Positions 15,401 through 23,675 of a DNA stretch of 32,000 nt are shown here, in pieces. How positions within the stretch are numbered: position 1 is the first letter of the stretch; every line of letters starts with the position of its first letter. This DNA is from Planctomycetales bacterium (GTDB taxonomy: Bacteria; 4484-113; JAFGCY01): the NCBI GenBank assembly GCA_022646745.1, contig CP060262.1, positions 3,750,001 through 3,782,000 of the forward strand, written 5' to 3'. The translations under genes were made by a program, and so were the position numbers. Below the pieces are notes generated by a model. The model did not search any database, had not been told where the DNA came from, and saw only the letters and a program-made list of their open reading frames with translations.

Positions 15401-17992
15401 TTACTCAGCTCGCGCCAGGCCAGTATCCAGCAAGTTCCAGTAGTAGGTGAATACTTCACCGTCCGTGGTTTCTATTTCCACGCGGCTGGGGGTATCCCCA
15501 CCGCTGTAGGCCGTGTATCCTGCACTGAAGAGCATGTTGTGGTCAAGCATATCCAGCGATACGAGGAGGTAATCGTCCTCATCCAGCGAACCATCGAACA
15601 GCGGGACACGCCAGAAATACTCTGCCTTCTCGTCACCAACAATGACGATGTGGCCAACGTCGGTATCTAGATATTCCCTTATCCCCTCGACTAGCTTATC
15701 CTCTTCCACAAGCCAGTCTGCCAACTGCGTCAGTGGCGCATCCCTGTCCTTTTCCCACTCAAGCAACGCTTCCAGGGAGTCAGTGCTCAGTCCACGGGAA
15801 TACAGGATCCTGCGCACTGCAGGACTTTTTGTGAACATGCTGTTCAGGTAATCCGAAGCGCTGTCATAGTCATCATCCGGATTTTCGTGATACTTCAGTG
15901 AGTCACTGAGTGCATAGCTGTTGCCGTTGAAACTGATGCTGCCTTCGTGGCCGGCATAGATACTGAAGTTGCGATCTCGTTGAGTGAAGTAAAGCTCACC
16001 GTCCCCAGGCTTCTTCATCGAGAACACCCTGGGGGCAATGAAAATCTCTTTGTAATCTCCATTTTCTCCCTTGGCATACAGGTAAATCCGCATTTCCCTG
16101 AGCTTGCGCAGATGCAGCTTGTCATCATTCAGCATTATCAGCGGCATGATTTCCTTGCTGACAACTTCATTGAGTTGGACAGGATTACTAACTGCCGCAA
16201 AACTGATTGCAGGTTTTGAACCACTGGCAGGCAATGTTCTACTGGCTTGATAGACCGGGTATGCAAGGCCCGCCATACCGTAGAAGTACTTCCGGTTCTC
16301 ATCCGGTATGGCAACATTCTTGACGACCTTCTGCATAACTCGGTCCTTGGGATGGACGAGACAGAGGAACTGGAAGGAGTTGCTGCTCATGAGCTGGAAA
16401 CTGACTTCCGTGCCAGTCAGGTCTGTTACGAGATCACCGTTGATGTCCCATTCCGGGGGACTGTCCATATCCGGCATCCCCTGTTTGCAGGTTAATGTCA
16501 GATGTGCAATGCTGCCGATCCCTTCATGCTGAATATCAATGTCGAAGTCCAGCGGCTTGACTGAGAAATCGGCATCCTGGGATTCATATTCAGCTGGATC
16601 TGTCATTGTGAAATCGACAAGTCGAACCGTGAATCGCCCATTTACGCTTCCCAGCTTTCCCTGCATCAGTAGAGGTTCGCCGATGATGGCATCAGATTCA
16701 TTCTCCTTCCAACGCCCCTCCTTGAGCGGATTTCCAGTTAGTCTTCTCAACCAATAAATCGTTGGGAAAGTGCGCGTCTCACCGGATTGCTGGTTCTCAT
16801 AGTAAACCTCATACATCGGCAGCATGCCGGGATCCGCACCGTACACCATCAGATTGGGATAGGGGCCGGCTTCTGCCGAGGAAACATCAGCCACCCATTC
16901 GTAGCACCATTGTGCATTCCCATTGGCAACCGGTTGGGCCAGCAGGGCGTACCTTCTGCCGGGAAGCGGATGCCAGCTGGCAATCGTTTCACCAATCCCC
17001 CGTCTGATATCCAGTTGTTCCTTCTGTAGCTCCGGAATGGAGTCTCCCTTTGTGACCTTGATGCTGCCGTTATCCTCATCAGGAGGATTGTCAGTCCGGT
17101 ACCAGCCCCTGTGGATACCAGACCGCCTTTGTCTGTCGTCCTTCTCATACTCCTCGCTGTAAGCTATCAGCCGGATGTCATCCGGATTGATATTCCTGGC
17201 AATCAGCTTGCGGTCCTGCAGGCTGACACTGATGGTCAAATCATCAGACTGGGGACCGTCCACTTCGAAGATGCCATCCAGCACCCGGCCATAGGCAAAG
17301 TTCGTCGGCCACTCGCGGTCCCGGGTAATGCTGCCCGACCATACGGTCTCTGCCTCCGCGCCAAGCTGAAGTGAAACAGAGTCTTCCAAAGAATGCGCTT
17401 CACCTGGTTGCAACTCCAGACCCTCTGTTAACGTCACCTGCTCCTCGCTCAACTTCAGGTCAATTCTTCTGTAGCGCTCGGTATCCGGGTCATTGGGCAT
17501 GTAGCTGATGCTGTCGCCCACCGGATTGCCATCCCAGTACAGTGCAAATGTACGGTCCTGCTTTATCTCGGGACCGCCAAGCGTGAACATCCCCAACGCA
17601 TCACTGCTGCCGACGTATACCGGCATTTCATGTTCCACTCCGCCGGCAGAGACTTCAAACACGTCCACGTTTGGCAAACTTACACCAAGCATGCTGTTCA
17701 ACACCTGGCAGAACAACCAGTTACCTTCCCCAGCCATCGCCGGTTCTCCGAACAGTCCGGGCAGGGAAGAGGAATCATCACTTTGCATACCAAAGCGGTC
17801 CACGCCCGCAATCACAAGTACCAGCGCGGCAATGGCAACCGCATACCGGACGAGCACGCGCCGCAGCTGGCTGCGGTGATCCTGTTCCCGCAGTACCCGG
17901 TCCTTCGCCCGTAGGAATGCCGCGCGCGAGTGCCGGTGGTACTCCTCTGGTGAGCTGTACGGACTGCCGTGTTGTTTGTCGTCGTGTTTCAA
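15401..17992 (-). CDS. Single-pass membrane protein (863 aa) with a large extracytoplasmic region. Positionally a candidate anti-sigma factor or sensor partner of the adjacent ECF sigma.
   Basis: It starts 12 nt after the sigma gene stop, with GAGGA upstream. There is a short charged N-terminus and then one hydrophobic helix (VLVRYAVAIAALVLVIAGV). The remaining ~790 aa are hydrophilic with no motif I recognise. No HxxxCxxC zinc anti-sigma motif is present, so the anti-sigma role is inferred from position only. Confidence 0.5.
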   Translation of the reverse strand: MKHDDKQHGSPYSSPEEYHRHSRAAFLRAKDRVLREQDHRSQLRRVLVRYAVAIAALVLVIAGVDRFGMQSDDSSSLPGLFGEPAMAGEGNWLFCQVLNSMLGVSLPNVDVFEVSAGGVEHEMPVYVGSSDALGMFTLGGPEIKQDRTFALYWDGNPVGDSISYMPNDPDTERYRRIDLKLSEEQVTLTEGLELQPGEAHSLEDSVSLQLGAEAETVWSGSITRDREWPTNFAYGRVLDGIFEVDGPQSDDLTISVSLQDRKLIARNINPDDIRLIAYSEEYEKDDRQRRSGIHRGWYRTDNPPDEDNGSIKVTKGDSIPELQKEQLDIRRGIGETIASWHPLPGRRYALLAQPVANGNAQWCYEWVADVSSAEAGPYPNLMVYGADPGMLPMYEVYYENQQSGETRTFPTIYWLRRLTGNPLKEGRWKENESDAIIGEPLLMQGKLGSVNGRFTVRLVDFTMTDPAEYESQDADFSVKPLDFDIDIQHEGIGSIAHLTLTCKQGMPDMDSPPEWDINGDLVTDLTGTEVSFQLMSSNSFQFLCLVHPKDRVMQKVVKNVAIPDENRKYFYGMAGLAYPVYQASRTLPASGSKPAISFAAVSNPVQLNEVVSKEIMPLIMLNDDKLHLRKLREMRIYLYAKGENGDYKEIFIAPRVFSMKKPGDGELYFTQRDRNFSIYAGHEGSISFNGNSYALSDSLKYHENPDDDYDSASDYLNSMFTKSPAVRRILYSRGLSTDSLEALLEWEKDRDAPLTQLADWLVEEDKLVEGIREYLDTDVGHIVIVGDEKAEYFWRVPLFDGSLDEDDYLLVSLDMLDHNMLFSAGYTAYSGGDTPSRVEIETTDGEVFTYYWNLLDTGLARAE

Positions 17993-18004
17993 TGCATCCT
18001 CAGA

Positions 18005-18610
18005 TTAGAGCAATTCCCTGACTGATTCCGGAATGTAAGCTGACAGAACCTTCTTCTTCATATACCTTATGCGCTGCGCAATTGCGTTTGGTGACAGGCC
18101 GACCACCCGTGCCACTTCATTAACGGACAAACCATGCGCATATCTGAGAACCAGGATGCGCAGGTTTCGTTCGTCGCCGACATTGGCACCGATCAGGTTG
18201 AGCAGATGGAGGAATCCGCGTTCCCTGAACTGCAGCTCCTCTGGACTGGCGTCCCTCGATACTGGCGTCCATCCGGCCTCTGATCGTTCCTCCAGTGAAA
18301 AAATGGGCTTCCGCTTGCCGCGGCCGGTCACCTTGTCCCTGGCAACACTCACGATGATTTTTGCAAGCAAGGTGCGGAAAGAATTCTGGCTGTAGCCCCT
18401 CAGGTGATTACGGATCACAGTGAAATCTTCCCTCATCAGTTTGATGATCAGTTCCTGGTAGACATCATCGAGGTCCGGTTCCGGTACCCCCAGCCTGTAG
18501 CAAACCGAAGACATGAAACCGCCGAAGATCTCATGGAACAGCTCCCAGCAGTCTTCTCCTGATACCAAACGCTCAAGGCATTCAATCTGTCTTGAATGGT
18601 CTTCAGTCAC
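18005..18610 (-). CDS. Sigma-70 family RNA polymerase sigma factor, ECF-like (regions 2 and 4 only)
   Basis: 201 aa. The region-2-like segment is DLDDVYQELIIKLMRE...FRTLLAKIIVSVARD. The region-4 helix-turn-helix is RNLRILVLRYAHGLSVNEVARVVGLSPNAIAQRIRYMKKKV. Size and two-domain layout fit ECF sigmas. It is the first gene of the co-directional cluster running to ~7455. Confidence 0.75.
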   Translation of the reverse strand: MTEDHSRQIECLERLVSGEDCWELFHEIFGGFMSSVCYRLGVPEPDLDDVYQELIIKLMREDFTVIRNHLRGYSQNSFRTLLAKIIVSVARDKVTGRGKRKPIFSLEERSEAGWTPVSRDASPEELQFRERGFLHLLNLIGANVGDERNLRILVLRYAHGLSVNEVARVVGLSPNAIAQRIRYMKKKVLSAYIPESVRELL

Positions 18611-19507
18611 CGATATTCAGACTAGCTACTGCAGAAGTCATGGTCAATGAGACATTATATGTACGTTGATTAAGATAATCTCATAGCATCCTGCTATTGG
18701 ACGAGGCTTCGACTTCCGTTCCCGGGCGGCAACGTCCTGACGAGTAGCGGTTGAACGCTGCAGACTACCCTCCCCTGCCGCACCTCAAGCATGCCAGAAT
18801 GCCCGGTGTTGGCGACCTTTCAGTCATTCTGGCAATCTGGATTGCTGGGCAAAGCACTTGACTACCTCGGTGCAGATTGGTCAGTAGATTGGCAATAATG
18901 CCTCCATTTGAGAGAAAGTGCTCCAAAAGCTCTTGACGATGTACAGGCTAGTCAAGAGCTCCGAGGGCAGTCCTGGTGCGGCCTGGGAGAATCGCGATTT
19001 CCGTTGTTGTGAATGAAATTCCTGCTAATGTTGACTACGGGAAGCTCTCAATCAACAGGTCGGTAGGCTTCTTTATTTCTCGAATAGCGGGATCGTAGGA
19101 TGGTTGCGCAGAGCCTCGATGCAGGTTTCCCTTACACCGGCATTGCTGGCATAATGTTACTTATCCATAGTAAGCAGAACTGTTGATTCTGGCGGAATGG
19201 AGTTGACTTCGCCAACTCAGTCAATAGCCTTGCCTGCTCCTTACAACAGTGGATTTGTATCCGCTGGCGATCAGCACTTTCTGATTATCTAATGAATAGG
19301 TAATGTAGACATGATCCTACCGCATATGCGTTCACACCGATGAGAGTTGTGATTCCAAAATTATCGGCGGTACACCCGGACTACCCCTGGATTCCCCTCT
19401 ACACTTCCCAAGTGAGGGATAATTGAATGCTGGACCAGGACACTTGATCCCATGCAAAATCAAGCACATTCAGGAATTGGATGCATTGCTAGCAGACAGG
19501 CTTTGAC

Positions 19508-20308
19508 ATGAAAACTGACGACTTACAAATTCCTGCTGCAGCTGCAAAGCTGATAAGAAATCAGGGCAGAGTTACTCAGGTCATTCTGACAATGATGGAG
19601 TATCAGGTCCAGGAATATGGCACTGCAATCGTCAGAGTGAATGCGATGAAAGCGGTATTGCAGTCAAGAAACCTTATGAACAAAAGCATGGCAGTCACGA
19701 AGAGCAGCTTGACGGAAATGGTCCTGACCCGATCAGACCTGGTCAGGCTATTCGTGGATAAATCCGGGAATGTCCACTTCACACGTCTGAATGATCTTCT
19801 GCCTGGCAAGTTCGTTTCGCTTTCACGCCTTCAAAAGGGAATTGGATTGGAGTCATACAACCTGACAACCCCGCCCTACCCCGCACCGGAATTTTATCAG
19901 GTTGTTTCAAAACAGCCGGTGTTCCTGCGCAAGTCCGGTACAGAGGAGGAAATGAGAATTGGCACTCATCAGCCGACACCTCGAGAGCCGAGGAAGTATC
20001 GCATCAGACTAAATGATTCGTCTGCACCTGTAAGGAAGGAATACGTACAGATCAGAATTGAGGAGAGCAAAAAGGACAATCAGCCTGTCAAGGGTCAGGT
20101 TCGAAGACGGAAGGAAGCCAGGATTCCCAAACGATGGGCTGACAAGAAGCTGACAACCGAACTGGAACGTGAGATCATCGAGCGAAACACACGATACCGC
20201 GAAAAGCTGCGGAAACTAAGGCTGCTGCATGATCCCCGAAAACGAGGCAAGCACGACGCATGGCATTCAGCAATCCTCAATGGCATCGGTGGGAAGTTCA
20301 AGCTGTAG
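19508..20308 (+). CDS. Hypothetical protein (266 aa) with a strongly basic C-terminal third
   Basis: It is the only long ORF in this span. The C-terminal part is rich in K/R (KGQVRRRKEARIPKRWADKKL...RYREKLRKLRLLHDPRKRGKHD), suggestive of nucleic-acid binding. I saw no clear Shine-Dalgarno sequence and no recognisable domain. It sits immediately upstream of the high-GC island. Confidence 0.45.
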   Translation: MKTDDLQIPAAAAKLIRNQGRVTQVILTMMEYQVQEYGTAIVRVNAMKAVLQSRNLMNKSMAVTKSSLTEMVLTRSDLVRLFVDKSGNVHFTRLNDLLPGKFVSLSRLQKGIGLESYNLTTPPYPAPEFYQVVSKQPVFLRKSGTEEEMRIGTHQPTPREPRKYRIRLNDSSAPVRKEYVQIRIEESKKDNQPVKGQVRRRKEARIPKRWADKKLTTELEREIIERNTRYREKLRKLRLLHDPRKRGKHDAWHSAILNGIGGKFKL

Positions 20309-20390
20309 CAAAGACTTCCTAGAGTTCAAACCCTACCTCTAGCCACACACTATCTCCTCCCCTAAAATGATCCGAACCAAGGGAGGCCTA

Positions 20391-23300
20391 ATGACTGGTG
20401 CGGCGGATTCGGTTGATCTGGGGCACAACACCCCGCGAAACGGGATGCTGGCGGTAGTGCGCAACCGCCGGGGGATCATCAGCAATGTGCGGCAGTTCGA
20501 CGCGAACGAGGCTGGCCGCTACCACCTCGTGCAGATCGACTACAAGGACGAGCACCTGCCCACGAATGAGGAGCTGGTCTGGGAGCTTGAGCCGGTCCGC
20601 CAGGTGCTGCAGCCCAACGACCTGCCCAGCATCAAGAGCGAGCCGATGCTGCCTGCGGACTTCGACGCCCTGGTCCGCGCCGCACGCTGGACCGCGATCA
20701 GCCCCTACCTCGACCCCGACGAGTCCGGACCGCTGGATCGCCTGCCTGCCGCTTCGCCCTTTCATGGCGCGGTGGAGATTGAAGACTACCAGCTGGTGCC
20801 CCTGCACAAGGCGCTTGAGATGCCGCGCGTCAACATGATGATTGCGGATGATGTTGGCCTTGGTAAGACCGTTGAAGCCGGCCTGATTCTCTCCGAGCTG
20901 CTGATCCGCCGGCGCATCAACCGAGTGTTGATCCTCACTCCGGCTTCGCTGCGCCTGCAGTGGCGCGATGAACTGGACTCAAAGTTCTCCCTGCCGTTTG
21001 AAGTCGTGGACCGCGACAGCACCCTGAAGCTCAAGCGCTCACTCGGAATTGATGCCAACCCCTGGCGAAGCAACTCCCGCATCATCGCTTCCTACCACTA
21101 CCTGCGCCAGCCGGACATCCTTGAGGAGTTCCTGGCCGCCAGCCAGGTCCGTGAAGGCTCCGCCACTCTGCCCTGGGACATGCTGATCGTTGACGAGATC
21201 CACAACCTGATGCCGGCACCTTTTGGCGAGGACAGCCAGCTCTGCCAGATGCTGAGGCGGATTGCCCCGATGTTCGAGCACCGCCTGTTCCTGACTGCCA
21301 CGCCGCACAACGGCCATACCTATTCCTTCACCGGGCTACTGGAGATCCTCGACCCGGTGCGCTTCAGCCAGAATTCTGAGCTGGGCGAGGCCGCCAGCAA
21401 GCGCGTGCCGCAGGTCGTTGTCAGAAGGTTGAAGCGGGAGATCAACGAACGGACTGATCCTCCAAAGTTCTGCCGGCGCATGCCTCCAACAGCCATCCCA
21501 CTGACCTTCAGCAAGGAAGAACTGCGCCTGATAGATGCCTTTGATGAATTCCGGGCTGCCGTCCGGCAGCTGATGCAGGACTCCACCCGCAAGCGCCGCC
21601 AGGCGGGGAACTTCGCGCTGGAAATCCTCGGAAAGCGCCTGCTCAGCGGACCGATGACATTCCTTGATTCATGGCAGCGCTGCAAGTCCGGTCTGTCTGA
21701 ATCATCGCTGGCCGATGACTCTGAAGTGATCACCGCCGTCAAGGCGGCCAATGAGGAGAACGCTGACGACCGCGAATCGGAGCAGAACGCCTCCATGGCA
21801 GCCGGGGTAGTAGGCTCATGGCTGAAGGCATTTGCAGACGACCTAGCCGCAGAGATCCATGCGATAGACGCCGCCGCCGCCGCGCTCGGCGTGGTAATGG
21901 AAACAAGGATCACAGCGCAGGACCCACAGGCTGATGCCCGGTTCACAGCCATCTGCGAGCTGCTGGACAGCAAGCTGCGTGACGGCAAGGAGTGGAGGAA
22001 GGACGAGCGTATTGTCATCTTCACCGAGTACAAGACCACGATGGACTACCTCCTGCGCAGGCTGCAGGAACGCTTCAAGGGAAATGACGACCGCTTCCTC
22101 CAGCTCTTCGGTGGGATGGATGACAACGAGCGTGAGGAAGTCAAGGAACGATTCAGTGACCTGTCCGATCCTGCCCGCATCCTGATCGGCACAGACGCTG
22201 CCTCGGAAGGTCTAAACCTGCAGGCTACGGCCCGTTACCTGCTGCATTACGACTGCCCCTGGAATCCATCCCGGCTGGAGCAGCGCAATGGCCGCCTCGA
22301 CCGCTACGGTCAGCTGCGTGATGTGTATGTCCATCACTTCGTCAGCGACCAGGCTGCGGACCTCAAGTTCATGGACCTGCTGATCCGCAAGGTGGAGCAG
22401 ATCCGCGAGGACCTTGGTGCGACCGGAGAACTGTTCGATGAGGCGATCCACAAGCGCCTGATTGACGGCGAGTCCGTTGAGGATGTGCAGCTCTTCCTCG
22501 ATGCCAATGTAGAAACCGCACGCAAGGCAGTCGCAATTGAGGCTGACGACAATTTTGTCCTGTCCGATGATCTCAAGCGCAAGCTGCAGGCCCTGAAGGA
22601 TGAACTGGACCTCGACCCCGAAGCGTCGCGCCTGACGCTTGATGCAGCGATGGTGCATGATGCCAACGGCAGCAGGCCGCAGCTTACAGAGCCGGACGAA
22701 AAACTGCTGTTCAATGTTGTCAACCCGAACCTGCCAGGCTGGGCCGAAACGATAGATGAGTCCGTGCGTGTGGGCAGTGAGCGCAAGCTGAAGGGAATAA
22801 TGCCTCGTCTGACGTTCAGCACTGAGTGCTTCAAGGAAGTGCGGGAAGGGCGGGAGATCTTCATTCCGCGAAAGGATGCCGCGCTCCTGCACCTCTCGCA
22901 TCCGATGATGCGCAAGGCGCTGACGACGCTGACCCGCTGCCGCTTCCCCCAATTCGGCCAGGGCCGGGAATATTCCCGCTGGGCTGTACGCCTCGGCGGT
23001 GTGCCGGATGGCAGCGATGCCCTGATCATCCTGCACCTGGAAGAACTGGCGGTCAACGAGCTGCGCGAGACATTCCACCACTGGATCAGCAGCATCTGCA
23101 TTCCCATAAAGGATGGCGAACTGCAGGAAGCCCTGCCGCACTGTCCGGCATGCCTGCTGGGTGACAGCCAGGCTTGCACTGACAACAGTCGCAAGGCAGC
23201 TGCGCAGGGCATGGCTGACGAGTTCGAGCCAGAGCTGAAACTCTTCATCCGCGAACGCCGGGCCAGGCTGGCAGAGATGCTTCAGGCCCAAATGGAAAGC

Positions 23301-23675
23301 GACCTTGACAAGGCCCTGAAGGATGCCGAAGCACGCTACCAGAGCCGCCAGGGTGAGATTTCCCAGCTCATCCAGGAGCGCACCATGAACCGCCTGATGC
23401 AGGAGATTGTCAGAATGCGGCAGCAACAGCAGCAGGGCAATCTTTTCCATAACAAGCAGGACCTGGACGAACTTGAACAGAAGCTGGAACGGCGCGAAGA
23501 GGAACTGCGGCGCATGCGCGAACAGCTGGAGCATTCCCGCGAGCAACTTGCCAAGGAAAGGGAACGCGTCACCAAGCTGCTGATTCCGAAGCGCTACACC
23601 CTTTCCGGCGAAGCACAGGTCTTCCCGGTGGCACTTGAAGTGCGCCTGCCCCTGCAGCCGGGAGGTGCCCTGTGA
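20391..23675 (+). CDS. drmD: SNF2-family helicase/ATPase (DISARM class 1 DrmD-like) with a C-terminal coiled-coil tail
   Basis: GGGAGG lies 6 nt upstream of the ATG at 20391 (the track start at 20367 lacks an RBS). SNF2 motifs: YQLVPLHKAL, motif I DDVGLGKT (20847-20870), LILTPASLRLQWRDEL, motif II DEIH (21192-21203), LTATPHNG, and helicase-C blocks LIGTDAASEGLNLQ and PWNPSRLEQRNGRLDRYGQ. The last ~130 aa are heptad-like and Q/E/R-rich. The drmD label rests on gene order (SNF2, large N6A methylase, helicase), not on a homology search. Confidence 0.8.
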   Translation: MTGAADSVDLGHNTPRNGMLAVVRNRRGIISNVRQFDANEAGRYHLVQIDYKDEHLPTNEELVWELEPVRQVLQPNDLPSIKSEPMLPADFDALVRAARWTAISPYLDPDESGPLDRLPAASPFHGAVEIEDYQLVPLHKALEMPRVNMMIADDVGLGKTVEAGLILSELLIRRRINRVLILTPASLRLQWRDELDSKFSLPFEVVDRDSTLKLKRSLGIDANPWRSNSRIIASYHYLRQPDILEEFLAASQVREGSATLPWDMLIVDEIHNLMPAPFGEDSQLCQMLRRIAPMFEHRLFLTATPHNGHTYSFTGLLEILDPVRFSQNSELGEAASKRVPQVVVRRLKREINERTDPPKFCRRMPPTAIPLTFSKEELRLIDAFDEFRAAVRQLMQDSTRKRRQAGNFALEILGKRLLSGPMTFLDSWQRCKSGLSESSLADDSEVITAVKAANEENADDRESEQNASMAAGVVGSWLKAFADDLAAEIHAIDAAAAALGVVMETRITAQDPQADARFTAICELLDSKLRDGKEWRKDERIVIFTEYKTTMDYLLRRLQERFKGNDDRFLQLFGGMDDNEREEVKERFSDLSDPARILIGTDAASEGLNLQATARYLLHYDCPWNPSRLEQRNGRLDRYGQLRDVYVHHFVSDQAADLKFMDLLIRKVEQIREDLGATGELFDEAIHKRLIDGESVEDVQLFLDANVETARKAVAIEADDNFVLSDDLKRKLQALKDELDLDPEASRLTLDAAMVHDANGSRPQLTEPDEKLLFNVVNPNLPGWAETIDESVRVGSERKLKGIMPRLTFSTECFKEVREGREIFIPRKDAALLHLSHPMMRKALTTLTRCRFPQFGQGREYSRWAVRLGGVPDGSDALIILHLEELAVNELRETFHHWISSICIPIKDGELQEALPHCPACLLGDSQACTDNSRKAAAQGMADEFEPELKLFIRERRARLAEMLQAQMESDLDKALKDAEARYQSRQGEISQLIQERTMNRLMQEIVRMRQQQQQGNLFHNKQDLDELEQKLERREEELRRMREQLEHSREQLAKERERVTKLLIPKRYTLSGEAQVFPVALEVRLPLQPGGAL

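Noticed and set aside
18700-18722. Possible autoregulated ECF-type promoter (GGAAC ... CGTC on the minus strand) upstream of the sigma gene
   Set aside because: The spacer between the two elements is only 14 nt by my count, against the usual ~16-17, and such short motifs occur by chance. It is not reported as a feature.
18611-19507. tRNA, tmRNA or integrase attachment site at the island edge
   Set aside because: I found no cloverleaf-compatible sequence or conserved T-loop (GGTTCGAATCC-like) on either strand, and no integrase gene nearby. The region is kept only as an unexplained ORF-free gap.
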